Origin: a virus
IMG/VR virus record: IMGVR_UViG_3300036939_000084
Location: 1-33,260 of that record
Length of the DNA stretch: 33,260 nucleotides
Strand: one strand, 5' to 3'
Shown here: one piece after another, positions 9,687 to 20,000 of the stretch
Numbering within the stretch: position 1 is the first letter of the stretch
Layout: every line of letters starts with the position of its first letter
The notes under the pieces: model-generated
Seen by the model: the letters and a program-made list of their open reading frames with translations, nothing else
Told to the model about the DNA's origin: nothing
Databases searched by the model: none
Made by a program: the position numbers and the translations under genes

Positions 9687-9757
9687 ATTAAAGGTTTAAT
9701 ATACTTTTTTGCTATAAAGTGATAAAATAATTAAGTAAACAAGATTAAAACATTATC

Positions 9758-10558
9758 ATGACTAAAATGATCGAAAGCTTCGCAACAATGCTACTAGCTG
9801 ACGCATTTTGGAGTACATGGGAGGATGACGAGTCCGTCATTGACCTAATTACTCAAGAGGAGCGGGAAAAGTTCTGCCGCAGTTATGCTGGTTCAGGTTG
9901 CGAAATTGTTCAAGGTATGGAATGCGCTCTTGAGGATCTAGAAATAGACATCAAACCATTCCTCCCTTTAGAAGTGGTTCAACAGATTGTAGACAATGTT
10001 AATGAATTTTGGAAAAATAAATACTCAGTGGAAGAACTCCATGAGTATTGCCAGCGAGCATCTCATCGATTAATATTGGGTCGAATCGGTCATGGCGTAG
10101 ACGCTGATGACGATACCCATATCGCCGAGATGTTTGAAGAATTGGGGATATCAACTCCCCCCAGTTCCCACGAAGGAGCTTATGAGCAAGGCGAAAACCT
10201 TGCGAGCAAGGTTGAGGAAACCCTAGCCGTAAAATACGGACACCAGTGGGTTAAATATTCAACGAGTAAGTATGACATTTTAATCCTGGCTCAAAAAGCA
10301 GGTGATGGTAATTCTTACTTCTCTATTAAGGCGATGAACCGTAGCACTTTTAAATCTGACTGGGTAACAAACATGCATAGCATTGTTACCGTAACAGGTT
10401 CATCTGAATGGGAAAAAGAATTTGCAGATTGGGAGATGCCTTTTGAAGAGGCGATCGCAAAGATGCAAATCCTTGAGGACAAAATGAAAGACTCCGCTTT
10501 TATGGAATGGTTTCACAAAGACTTAGAGTCTGACGAAGAAGAGTTTGAGTGGAACTAG
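9758..10558 (+). CDS. Acidic hypothetical phage protein
   Basis: 266 aa, D/E-rich, own promoter and terminator. Confidence 0.8.
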   Translation: MTKMIESFATMLLADAFWSTWEDDESVIDLITQEEREKFCRSYAGSGCEIVQGMECALEDLEIDIKPFLPLEVVQQIVDNVNEFWKNKYSVEELHEYCQRASHRLILGRIGHGVDADDDTHIAEMFEELGISTPPSSHEGAYEQGENLASKVEETLAVKYGHQWVKYSTSKYDILILAQKAGDGNSYFSIKAMNRSTFKSDWVTNMHSIVTVTGSSEWEKEFADWEMPFEEAIAKMQILEDKMKDSAFMEWFHKDLESDEEEFEWN

Positions 10559-10560
10559 CA

Positions 10561-10586
10561 AAAAAGCCCGGATTTACCGGGCTTTT
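10561..10586. terminator. Bidirectional terminator
   Basis: AAAAGCCCGG-ATTTA-CCGGGCTTTT. Confidence 0.85.
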
Positions 10587-10653
10587 GTTTTGTTGTGTGA
10601 TAAACTTAAGTAGTAAACATCCCGTCTTACTTGCACACATTTTTTTTTGAAAA

Positions 10654-11313
10654 ATGACAGTACAACGGCATTGTATTCCTGCTTATGCGGTTTGCAGAAC
10701 AAATAAACATTGGTTATGGGCTGTTTGGACACAAAAACAATTCCGTGTTTCTCATTTTGAGAAATTAATACCAACTCATATAGGTAAGGCAAATTCCAAG
10801 GCAGAAGCGATCGCGGAAATTGGTAAAATTTTAGATTTAGATTTGCTGTCGTGCAAAATACGTATGGTTTCTTACTCTATGAAAACGGGAGAGGGAATTC
10901 CAATTTATCAGTTCGTCCCCTACTGGAAGGCTGATGTAGTTCAACTTTGGTCAACTTCGGCTCTTGTTGGAGCTAGAAAGAAATTGTACAGGACTCGTGA
11001 AGTGAATATTGCAAACAACTGGGAAACAAAGGTCATAGGTTTAGCACCTAGCTTTCTACCACTGAAGGAAGGGGGTGAGTATATAGGAGAAGTTGATCGA
11101 AGAAACGGTGAAGCTTGTGAACCAACCAAGGCGAACATAAAAGTTCACTCAAGATATATCAATCAAGGTGGTTGGATACTCTATAACATCGTTCTAGATG
11201 GCAAAGAGAAAGTCACGATGAGTGAAGACTGTTCTATGCTGGGTGGACTTTACCGCTTTGTTATCTACAATCAATTCTGGAATTTTCACAAACGAAGTGA
11301 AACTTTAGTTTAG
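10654..11313 (+). CDS. Hypothetical protein
   Basis: 219-aa ORF with the promoter motif at ~10595. Confidence 0.7.
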   Translation: MTVQRHCIPAYAVCRTNKHWLWAVWTQKQFRVSHFEKLIPTHIGKANSKAEAIAEIGKILDLDLLSCKIRMVSYSMKTGEGIPIYQFVPYWKADVVQLWSTSALVGARKKLYRTREVNIANNWETKVIGLAPSFLPLKEGGEYIGEVDRRNGEACEPTKANIKVHSRYINQGGWILYNIVLDGKEKVTMSEDCSMLGGLYRFVIYNQFWNFHKRSETLV

Positions 11314-11317
11314 ATCT

Positions 11318-11572
11318 TCAATGCGCTAAAGGTTTAATAACAAAAAGATATCGCTGTATTAATACAAGCGATATCTTTTTGTGTCTAAGTTTCTTCTGGA
11401 TCTGACTCAAAGCGTTCGATAACGTAACGTGTTCAGCTATTGCAACCTGGAGATCTTCCAGGTCGTATTCTCCTTCTTTGTACATGGTAGCAAAATCCAT
11501 CATTTTGCTAAGAAAGTAGAAGTCTGAATCGATATACCAAACAATGATTTGTGTGAATTTGTTTAATTTCAT
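11318..11572 (-). CDS. Hypothetical protein (cassette gene)
   Basis: Promoter motif upstream. The 3' end runs through the hairpin at 11342-11379 and a partial box A. Confidence 0.6.
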   Translation of the reverse strand: MKLNKFTQIIVWYIDSDFYFLSKMMDFATMYKEGEYDLEDLQVAIAEHVTLSNALSQIQKKLRHKKISLVLIQRYLFVIKPLAH

Positions 11573-11707
11573 CTCTTCTGTTTTTGTTATTACTTTACAT
11601 GTGTTTACTATTGTATTTTATCACATTCTTTGAGTATATAGCCTAGATTGGTACAATCTGAACGAAATGTTGCTATTTGAGCTATTTATATTAAAGGTTT
11701 ATTATCG

Positions 11708-13987
11708 ATGGTCAACTCTGCCAATCCTCTCGTTAATTCTGTCAATACCGTCTTCAATACTTCCAACCCGCTCGACGTTCAACCCAACGATTTGGGCGTG
11801 AAATTCATGGCACCTGCGAGCCAGACAGATCCTCGCGTTCCCGTGGCTGAAGAATTTGCCCTTTCATCGGAAATCTTCATCGAGTTGTGGCGCTCATCTC
11901 GCAGGCAGGGGTGGAATACTCTTCCTAAATTTGAAACCAATATCCGCAAATTAAAAATCCTCGGACGCGCCCAGCTAAAGATTTATAGGGATACCTTAAG
12001 TCTGGATACATCAATTACGGTACCTGCATTAGAAAACACAGGCTCAACTATTAAGCGGGACGACTACCTGAGCCTGGTTTCGTTTTGTGCAGAGGTGGGC
12101 GCTATTCAAGATGCAACGCTGGGGCAAATTACTTTTCGCTACCGCCACCCTTTAAACCAAACGATTGAGACTATTCAGAAGGAAAACTCGCGCCGATATC
12201 GTTCTTTTTGGATGTTAGTACTTACATCAAATATTCCAACTGTGGACACATTGCTCAGTGGGATGACGACGGAGGCGAATGGGGATAGGAGACTCGCGAT
12301 CGCCAACACATTAGAAACCGGATTCCCCCTCACCCCAGGAGTCCAGGTTTACGCCAGAGACGCTCGCTTAACCAGTGGTGTCGCCTACACGGTTGTTCCC
12401 GAATCCATTGAGTTTCTCCCCTTGTGTCTGATTCGCAGATTGCAAAACTATCAAGAAGATGGCTTCACCTATGGGTATGGCGGGGAAGAGCCGCTAGAGG
12501 TGGGAGTATCTGTAATTAGTCTTGCTAAGCCGCTAGAATCGGGCGAGATTATGAATCGTGTGCGGGGGCGGATACAGGATATCTGTGCAGGTGTGCCGGG
12601 TCAAGGCAGTAGCTATAAGCGTACAATCCTTAACCTGGTGGCCGGTCAGGTGGCAGGGAATCCAGGTAAAGCAGGGCAGTCGGCAAGTTCTCCCAACGGT
12701 TCAGTTTGCCTTGCGAACGACCAAAGAGTGACGTTTACCAACCAGGCTGTTTCTCAGCGGTGGTCTGTGGTTCGGGTAACGGCAGGAAATGGAGGAGCGG
12801 GTTCTGGTGGTAAGCTTAGGGGTTTGCTCGCTGTTGGTCTCAATACGAATGCTCCGTCTGGTTCAGTGTTCAGCGAAGTCAGAGAAGACCATAAAATCTA
12901 TACGGCTGATGGAGTAGAACAGTCTTCACTGGGGACGTTTTCCAACCTAGGTGGCAGCGGTTCGTTGCAATGGCTAGCTGGGGAGAACTCTTCAATTCTT
13001 CCCGGCATGGTTGCGTATTTCGTGCCATCGGTTCGGTATCCTGCGGGCAGCGGCTTTAATTTGCCTTTTGCAAAATGCGAAAAAGTGTGGAAGGATGGGG
13101 CGGCGATCGCGCCTGAAAACATTCGCCAGGGATACGAAGGAGATATTGACGGGTATCAAGACCCAGCTGGTAACGAAGCTTTTCTGGTAATCGTTGGGTC
13201 GGAACGGGCGGCACTGCACTATATCTATAAGAAAGTGATTATTACAACCGATGGTAGTGGGGCTGCGGTTATTCCTCCCAACGAGTCGGGCTGCTTTGCT
13301 TTTATCCAGGGGCGAACAGGAAGAATTAATTCTCCTGTTTGCACAGGGCTTAAACAGAATACGGCTTATCAAGCGCTGATTTATTACCCTCCCCGCTCCA
13401 CTGAGTCTTGGCAATTCCAATTCACCTATTGTGAATATCAGGGGATGGGATTGAATAATCCTGACTGGGTTGATGGTGCGACAGTCGTTTCACCCGCTTT
13501 ATTCTTCATCCACACCCAGGGTGGGGGATTAAGCGTTCATCAGGGACAGGCGGCAACTCGGTACTCTCCGATCTCATTTCACCTCCCTTCGGTTACGAAC
13601 CCTCCGTCGCCCAGCTATAACTTTGATGCCCCGACTCAACTTGCGGGCGAACCTTATCTGGGGCCGGACACCAATCGGGAGTTGCCTTTAATGTCGGGGT
13701 TTGGTTTGGCTATTCCGACACCTGGGCAGAATCTTAGTCTTCAGAAGAATAGTGGAGTGCAGGCGCGATCGCTCAATGCCACTCTTCTCACCAACAATCA
13801 ACCTGTGGGTTTTCGCACTCCAACCCTGCAAAGCAAAGCCCCCTTCCAAGCGGTGATGTACTTCGCTGCTCAGAAAGGGGAGGATGTGAGGTTAATTATT
13901 GTGACTTACAACTCGCCTGGAACCGATGGCGTAAATGTGGTTGCAAATTCTCAGGCGGGGGCGGCTATCGACTTGTTCCGGTTGTAA
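11708..13987 (+). CDS. Large Gly/Ser-rich protein, probable virion (baseplate/tail) structural protein
   Basis: 759-aa ORF with beta-rich composition and box A 3 bp before the ATG. Function inferred from context only. Confidence 0.6.
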   Translation: MVNSANPLVNSVNTVFNTSNPLDVQPNDLGVKFMAPASQTDPRVPVAEEFALSSEIFIELWRSSRRQGWNTLPKFETNIRKLKILGRAQLKIYRDTLSLDTSITVPALENTGSTIKRDDYLSLVSFCAEVGAIQDATLGQITFRYRHPLNQTIETIQKENSRRYRSFWMLVLTSNIPTVDTLLSGMTTEANGDRRLAIANTLETGFPLTPGVQVYARDARLTSGVAYTVVPESIEFLPLCLIRRLQNYQEDGFTYGYGGEEPLEVGVSVISLAKPLESGEIMNRVRGRIQDICAGVPGQGSSYKRTILNLVAGQVAGNPGKAGQSASSPNGSVCLANDQRVTFTNQAVSQRWSVVRVTAGNGGAGSGGKLRGLLAVGLNTNAPSGSVFSEVREDHKIYTADGVEQSSLGTFSNLGGSGSLQWLAGENSSILPGMVAYFVPSVRYPAGSGFNLPFAKCEKVWKDGAAIAPENIRQGYEGDIDGYQDPAGNEAFLVIVGSERAALHYIYKKVIITTDGSGAAVIPPNESGCFAFIQGRTGRINSPVCTGLKQNTAYQALIYYPPRSTESWQFQFTYCEYQGMGLNNPDWVDGATVVSPALFFIHTQGGGLSVHQGQAATRYSPISFHLPSVTNPPSPSYNFDAPTQLAGEPYLGPDTNRELPLMSGFGLAIPTPGQNLSLQKNSGVQARSLNATLLTNNQPVGFRTPTLQSKAPFQAVMYFAAQKGEDVRLIIVTYNSPGTDGVNVVANSQAGAAIDLFRL

Positions 13988-14226
13988 TGACTAGGTACTT
14001 CGTCATCTTTCCCGTCGATTCGCCGGAGGAATTGCTTACGATTTCGGAAAAATTTGATCGCTCGTTCGTCAAGTTATTGAAGGATGAGCGGTTGTACTTC
14101 CTGGATAGCAAGATTAGTGAGCGGCAGCTGAGGGAACTGTTTGAGGCTTATCCGGAGAAGAAGGTGCGATCGCTCATTTTCTCTCGAATTACAGGAATAT
14201 CTATAGAAAAAAACAACTCGTCTTAG
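13987..14226 (+). CDS. Hypothetical protein
   Basis: TAATG translational coupling to the upstream gene. Confidence 0.7.
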   Translation: MTRYFVIFPVDSPEELLTISEKFDRSFVKLLKDERLYFLDSKISERQLRELFEAYPEKKVRSLIFSRITGISIEKNNSS

Positions 14227-14242
14227 TAGCGAGTTGTTTTTT
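14208..14242. terminator. Bidirectional terminator between convergent genes
   Basis: AAAAAACAACTCG...CGAGTTGTTTTTT. Confidence 0.8.
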
Positions 14243-14249
14243 GAGATTT

Positions 14250-14621
14250 CTAGTTAAGTTTACTTGTTCTCCTTATTTCTTCTACAAAGTAACATAGATT
14301 TTCTGGAGAGTAGGTTAGCCATTCACGATCTTTTCCTCTGATGTAATCGTTTTCTTTTTGACCCCATTGCACCTGTACCATTCTTTTTTCACCTTTCATC
14401 TCTCTTGAGTCATCCTTGAAGGCTACTCCAACCCAAGGGAAGTCTGTATGAATGACGACAATGCCTGGTTTTCCTATTCCTCTGCAACAAAGCTCATCCG
14501 GATTTATCAGTTTTGTTAGGTACCATAAACCATATGGACCTTGACAAATTCTCGCTCCTGCATCTTGTATGTTAGATCGGGCGTGTGATGCTTCTTCAAA
14601 TGAATCGAATGTTTTGAACAT
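14250..14621 (-). CDS. Hypothetical protein (cassette gene)
   Basis: Promoter motif at ~14649 and terminator downstream. Confidence 0.7.
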   Translation of the reverse strand: MFKTFDSFEEASHARSNIQDAGARICQGPYGLWYLTKLINPDELCCRGIGKPGIVVIHTDFPWVGVAFKDDSREMKGEKRMVQVQWGQKENDYIRGKDREWLTYSPENLCYFVEEIRRTSKLN

Positions 14622-14733
14622 ACCGCTTTTTTGAATATCTATCTTATTATTTTATCACAGAATCCTTGCGGTTTGCAAAAAAAGCCCACCAGAAGGTGAG
14701 CGATTGTAATTTGGTTTTGCAATTTGCAAAAGA

Positions 14734-15531
14734 CTATTCGGCTTTTCTGTCTACGACCGGGATGATATTCCGAGCCAGGGATTCTTTTACAGCGTCCAGT
14801 GGTTTCAATCCCTGATAAACAACAAGGCGAGCACCTAGTTCTTCAACCTGGGAAATCCATCGGAGTTCGTCTGCGGTGAGCGCGTCTCTCAACTTACTCC
14901 GATCCTTGACATTGAGATCGATGCAAAGCTTTTTGGCGGTACGACCAAACAAGCCAAGGTTTAAAGCATCTGAACAGTGTTTGTACATCCACTGCTTCGC
15001 GTTTTCCGAAAGTTTGTCTTTGTGCTTTTCGATATACCACTGGACGGCATCGGTCATGTCTAAGCGAACTTTCTTCCCTTCTTCCCTTGCCTGGAATCGC
15101 TCATTCCGTTCTTGTTCCGTTCGGAAAATCCCGAAGGCTTTGTCTGCTCGACGCTCAATGGACTCGGTGTTAGATGCGATCAACATACTCAGGGCTTTTT
15201 GATTGCCCTGAAGTGCGAAATGTCCCCAAATATGTCCAGCGTCTTCTATTGAGACGGTTTGAGCTTTTCTTGCTTTTGCCTCATTTTGAATAGAAACAGA
15301 CAAACGCGAACCTCTAAAACCCCTTTCTAGTAAGGAATTCAGGATGTTTTTCTTCTTTGACGCTAACTCCGAAAACCAGTTGGGTTTTTCGTTTATTCGC
15401 TCCAGCACCTGGGACTGGCTGAGCCTGTACTCGCCATATTCCGCTTGATACTTATCTTCAATGCGGAAAACTTCCAATTGCTCTGAGCCATGTTGGATTA
15501 CAACACGCTCAGCTTTTGCGATAATATCCAT
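14734..15531 (-). CDS. Antirepressor-like DNA-binding protein, paralogue 2
   Basis: Same leader and C-terminal domain as 6007..6810, with a divergent N-terminal domain (LEVFRIED...EYRLSQSQV). Confidence 0.7.
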   Translation of the reverse strand: MDIIAKAERVVIQHGSEQLEVFRIEDKYQAEYGEYRLSQSQVLERINEKPNWFSELASKKKNILNSLLERGFRGSRLSVSIQNEAKARKAQTVSIEDAGHIWGHFALQGNQKALSMLIASNTESIERRADKAFGIFRTEQERNERFQAREEGKKVRLDMTDAVQWYIEKHKDKLSENAKQWMYKHCSDALNLGLFGRTAKKLCIDLNVKDRSKLRDALTADELRWISQVEELGARLVVYQGLKPLDAVKESLARNIIPVVDRKAE

Positions 15532-15618
15532 GTTGTTCGCCACCTTGTATGGCGGATAGCCCCAGCCGTACTGCGATAGGGGGATGGTGGAAACATCTCC
15601 TGTTTCGCGCTGGGATTT
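15532..15618 (-). ncRNA. Structured 5' leader RNA, copy 2
   Basis: Same stems as copy 1 with differences mostly in loops; TGTTAGAAT -10 upstream. Confidence 0.65.
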
Positions 15619-15763
15619 TACTCCCTAATTCTAACAATTTATTTTCTTTTTAATTGTATTTAATGAGACATTTATTGATTTGTAATTTTGTGCTTAGCAT
15701 GGCTTTTATTAAACATTTAATAAAAATGTAATAAAATATAGTTGTAAACAATTTTTAGAGCAC

Positions 15764-15977
15764 ATGAAAAGACCAATAAACAGCCAAATTGTTCAGCTTC
15801 GTAGTCACTCCAAACGACTAGAAGAGTTGGAGAACAAGATAGAAGCAAGTAATGAACTACTCCGACCTAGCGACAGCAGGTCGGAGTAGTTCATTTCGAC
15901 GAGCCAAGCGAATTGTGCATAGAGGGTCTTGGTGCCTCAGAGATTTAGACAATCTGGCGGAAGAACCTTATGAATAG
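15764..15977 (+). pseudogene. Small cassette gene apparently interrupted by a 43-bp hairpin insertion
   Basis: Removing 15852-15894 gives a 56-aa ORF between a promoter motif and a terminator. Confidence 0.5.
15851..15895. repeat. Perfect 18-bp inverted repeat with 9-nt loop
   Basis: AATGAACTACTCCGACCT-AGCGACAGC-AGGTCGGAGTAGTTCATT. Confidence 0.95.
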
Positions 15978-16073
15978 ATAGGTGCGATCACTCCCAACTG
16001 GGAGTAGTTTTTTATTTGATATTTAATCTAAAATGTGATAAAATTAAATAGTAAACAATTAATGGATTTCAAC

Positions 16074-16451
16074 ATGTCTACATATTCAGGAAAAAGCAAA
16101 TTACTGAATTGTTTGGAAACAATTGAAGACTTCAGCAATGAAATAGATTGGGATACTTTACAAGAGTCTGATGAAGGTCTATACGAGAACTTGATTCAGG
16201 ATAATTCTAGAGCCTACGATCTTTTAAATGAAATTCAGGAGGTTTTGTATTCCAAAAAGCAGCCAATCTATACCGTTCGTCAAGTATGTGCCGACGAACC
16301 TTCGAGTTGTTTTGATATTGTTCTTCGGTTGGATGCCTTGATCGAAAAATACCCTTTTCTATTAGAGGCTCTTGCTATTTGCGGACTTGACGAGATATCT
16401 TTTCTGGACAAATCGAGTTTAGTTTCGGTACAGATAAGAAAAGTAGAATAA
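16074..16451 (+). CDS. Acidic hypothetical protein (cassette gene)
   Basis: The ORF-track start lies inside the promoter motif, so ATG 16062 or 16074 is more likely. Terminator and box A downstream. Confidence 0.7.
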   Translation: MSTYSGKSKLLNCLETIEDFSNEIDWDTLQESDEGLYENLIQDNSRAYDLLNEIQEVLYSKKQPIYTVRQVCADEPSSCFDIVLRLDALIEKYPFLLEALAICGLDEISFLDKSSLVSVQIRKVE

Positions 16452-16643
16452 TTGTTTGCGATCGCTCCCAACTGGGGGCGATTTTTTATATTAAACCTTT
16501 ATTATCTTGTACCTTCCAGTTCATACCCCCTTTAGCACAATGCTAAAATAACCAAAAAATCACCATTTGTTAACACTCTCACTTGCGACCCCGCCCGTGT
16601 CTTTTAGATATGAGCGGGGTATTTGTTTTTTACGAGAAACTTT

Positions 16644-17054
16644 ATGCCGTTGATCGAAGCCGCCTTAAGGCATCCCAAAGAGCCATTACAGATTCCCTAT
16701 CCCCGAAACTACCAAGGGGAGAAGAGCGGAAGAGAGTCTGATGCTGAATTCCATATTTCCTGCGAACCTCGGTATTTGACCCCTGGAGAAATTGAGGTAG
16801 CAGAAACCTTTCTCAAAAAGCTGCCATACACCCAGGTTTTAGACAGAACAGGTGCAGTGATTATTGGCGACGACTCGTTGCTAGAGAAAGATCACGACTA
16901 TCTAGACGACATTGAGAAAGCCCAAGGCTTGTCCAATACTCGCTATGTGTCGGCAACCTCCGAGCGAGCCGTAGCGGAAAGGGTGTTGATTATCCGGGAG
17001 CGGGGGTATTTCGGCAACGGTTCAAAAATCCTGGATTCCAAGAAAGCTGAGTAA
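16644..17054 (+). CDS. Hypothetical protein upstream of the sheath gene
   Basis: ATG at 16644; ends 14 bp before the sheath gene, which has an AGGAGG RBS. Confidence 0.75.
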   Translation: MPLIEAALRHPKEPLQIPYPRNYQGEKSGRESDAEFHISCEPRYLTPGEIEVAETFLKKLPYTQVLDRTGAVIIGDDSLLEKDHDYLDDIEKAQGLSNTRYVSATSERAVAERVLIIRERGYFGNGSKILDSKKAE

Positions 17055-17068
17055 CTAAGGAGGGCAAA

Positions 17069-20000
17069 ATGGCAGTAATTCGTAGATTTGGTAGCAAACC
17101 GGGTGGTCCTGGTATTGTCGTCAATGAGCGGTCAGGAATTAACCAAATTCCTGATCCTACCTATGGTTCAACTTTTATGTTGGGCGTCCTCAAGCGTGGG
17201 CCAATGGGCGTAATTGTCCCAGTTCGCAGCAAGCGGCAGTACAATTTAATCTTTGGCGATCCATCCGACGACACCTGGCCTCTTTTTACGGATAGTTCGC
17301 ACCTTTGCCCTGATGCGATTGATGGATTTTTCTCCACGGGAGGTGGGGCTGGGGTTCTGATGCTTTGTCGTCCGGAGTTAGACAAAACCGCTCGTCCAGC
17401 CGAGAAAATATTCAAGGGGCGGAATGGAGCGGAAGTCTTACGTGTAAAGGCGAGTAATGAAGGACGTTGGGGAGGAGCCGCAAATAAAATCGCAGCCACT
17501 CCAATTGTTTACGCTACATCTCGAACATTCACCCTTGTTACTCCTGGGGTAGAGCGCAATGAGTTTAGAGATGCAGATGCTAAATTCTCCAATTTAGATA
17601 ATCGCGTCTACAAAATCGTCTCTAATAGCAAAGCTGATCCCATTTCAGGAGAGACGATCTATACTGTTGGGGCGCAATACGACTTGGTTCGCGAACGTGT
17701 GTCGGGACCTGTGGCAATGACGGGAACCGCAACCTACTCTCCGTTCACTGCACTAACTGGCACAATTGCTTACCCTCTCTATAATGCCGTCACGGGAACA
17801 GCCAGTATCAACGAGCGAGTGATTACAGGTGTTGGCACGTCTTTCTCAACCGAGCTTCAAGTTGGAAATAATATTTATTACAACGGCGAAGCAAGGGCGA
17901 TTGAGAGTATCACTAGTAACACCACTCTTACTGTTGCTGAAGCATTCTCTATTCCCACAGCCAATAACGTCAGCCTACAGCGAGACAACCTGGTAGTAAC
18001 AGGCACCAACAGCCAATTCACGACTGAGCTGGCTGTTGGTGATGAAATCTTTGTTGAGGTTAACGGCATAAGACAGGGACGAGTCGTGGGCGCGATCGCC
18101 TCTCCGACTGAACTCACTTTAAATTCTGGTTTCTCTGACGAAGTAGGCGCAGGAACTCAAGCCACTCGGCGCAACTTTACTTTAAGGGGTACAGGTACCG
18201 CCTTCTTGGCGGAAATCAAACCGGGAGAATTCATTGTAGATCCCAACCGAGCAGGGAAAACCGTTAAGGTTGTAAGGGTTGTTTCCAACACAGAAATAAG
18301 GCTTGAAAAGCCATTCCAGATCAATTTTGCAGATGCACAATTGACTCGACAGCCGTATTTAGCGACTATTGAATATACGCCAGCTAAGTACGAAGGATTG
18401 GCGATTGAGATTAGTCAAGGACTCAAAAAGCCCGAAACACATTTTACGCTTACCGTTTTCTTCAACGGCTCACAAGTTCTTCAGGTACCCGACTGCTCTC
18501 TGGATCGGAATGATCCAGATTTTGTCGATACCAAGGTAAGCAACGCCAATATTGCTCACGCCACCGGGACTCGAAACTACGCCCAGTGGATCGAAGCCGA
18601 GTCTTTGTGGTCGTCAACCTATACCACATCTGAGCAAAACGATGTACGTCCTTGCAACGGGTCGGGCCAGATCGTCCACTTGACCAGCAACACGATGTTC
18701 ACCGTTGCTGACTTAGATTGGGGCAACCTAGTTGGTCAAAGGGTTTATCCCAACCCCTACGAGTACTATCGCGACTTTTATACTATTCAGCAAGCTTCTG
18801 CTCCTATTTCCTTGGAAGGGACAGTTTCTTCTGCTGGGGTAAACGTTACAGGAACAGCGACTCGGTTTGCGTCCCAAGTTAAGGCTGGACAATACTTTTA
18901 CGATCCAGCGACTGGAACGGCAAGAAAAATTCGTTCTGTACTTAGCGATACCCGCCTTGTTTTGGATACGCCCTTCCCCATAAATATGGCGGCTGGCACT
19001 AAAGGAACAATAGCTGGATATATTGCTGTAGGTGAACGGTACGACCTACGGATGGCGACAGAAGTAGGCACTAATCTGCTTGTTGTGCAGCCGCAATACC
19101 TAGAACGTGGCTACGACGGCGATACGGGAACACTAGCCCCCCATTACTTCACCCAATACCTCGATATTGATTACAATTTCATCGAGAAGTACACGCTGAA
19201 TCGCAATCTAGGTTTAGTCAAAATCGCTGTCCCTGGTATTTCTGACGAGACGATTCAGAAGACTGGAATTTATTACGCTCAGCAGCAGGCGTACCAGTAC
19301 CGGGCAGAAATTCCTAGCTACATTACCAACCCGTCTGTGGCGGAGGCATATGTCCTCAACAATTTGGGTCGTAGCGACTTTGAAGCTGTAGCATTTCCAA
19401 GCTACGGTACCATTGCATCGCCTTTTAGTGGGAGCGATCGCCTAATCTCTCTAACTGGTGAAATCCTAGGAGGAGAAGCAAGACAAGCTATCACATATTC
19501 CGGATACCATTATCCATTCGCTGGTTTGAGATCTGTAATGCCGCGAGTACTGCGGCTCCCGGTCGGATTGGATATGGACGACGAAGCTGTTTTAAATATG
19601 GCGGGTATTCAACCTATAAAGATTTTGGACGGTAATGCCATTGTCTTTGGTGCTCGCATTCCTGCCGAGAGTGGTGTATACGACTTCAAACACATCCGCG
19701 AGATTCAGTCGAATTATATTCGAGTATTCTTGGAAGCTCGCAACCTTTTAGAGATGCTGTTTCAGCCCAATCAGCCAGGAGTCCTCAACGAAGCAATTTT
19801 GTTACTCAATGAATTCGCTCGTGGAGAATTCCGTAAAGGCACCATCACTCAGTACCTGAGCTTTCAGCAAGCGGTTAGCGTAACCAGTGATATTCAGTCA
19901 AATACGGCGATCGCGGGAAGTGATGCCAAGTCTTCGTTGATTGCCATCATTAACGGCAAACTGAACATCAAATTTACCTACACCCCAACTGGGATTGTTG

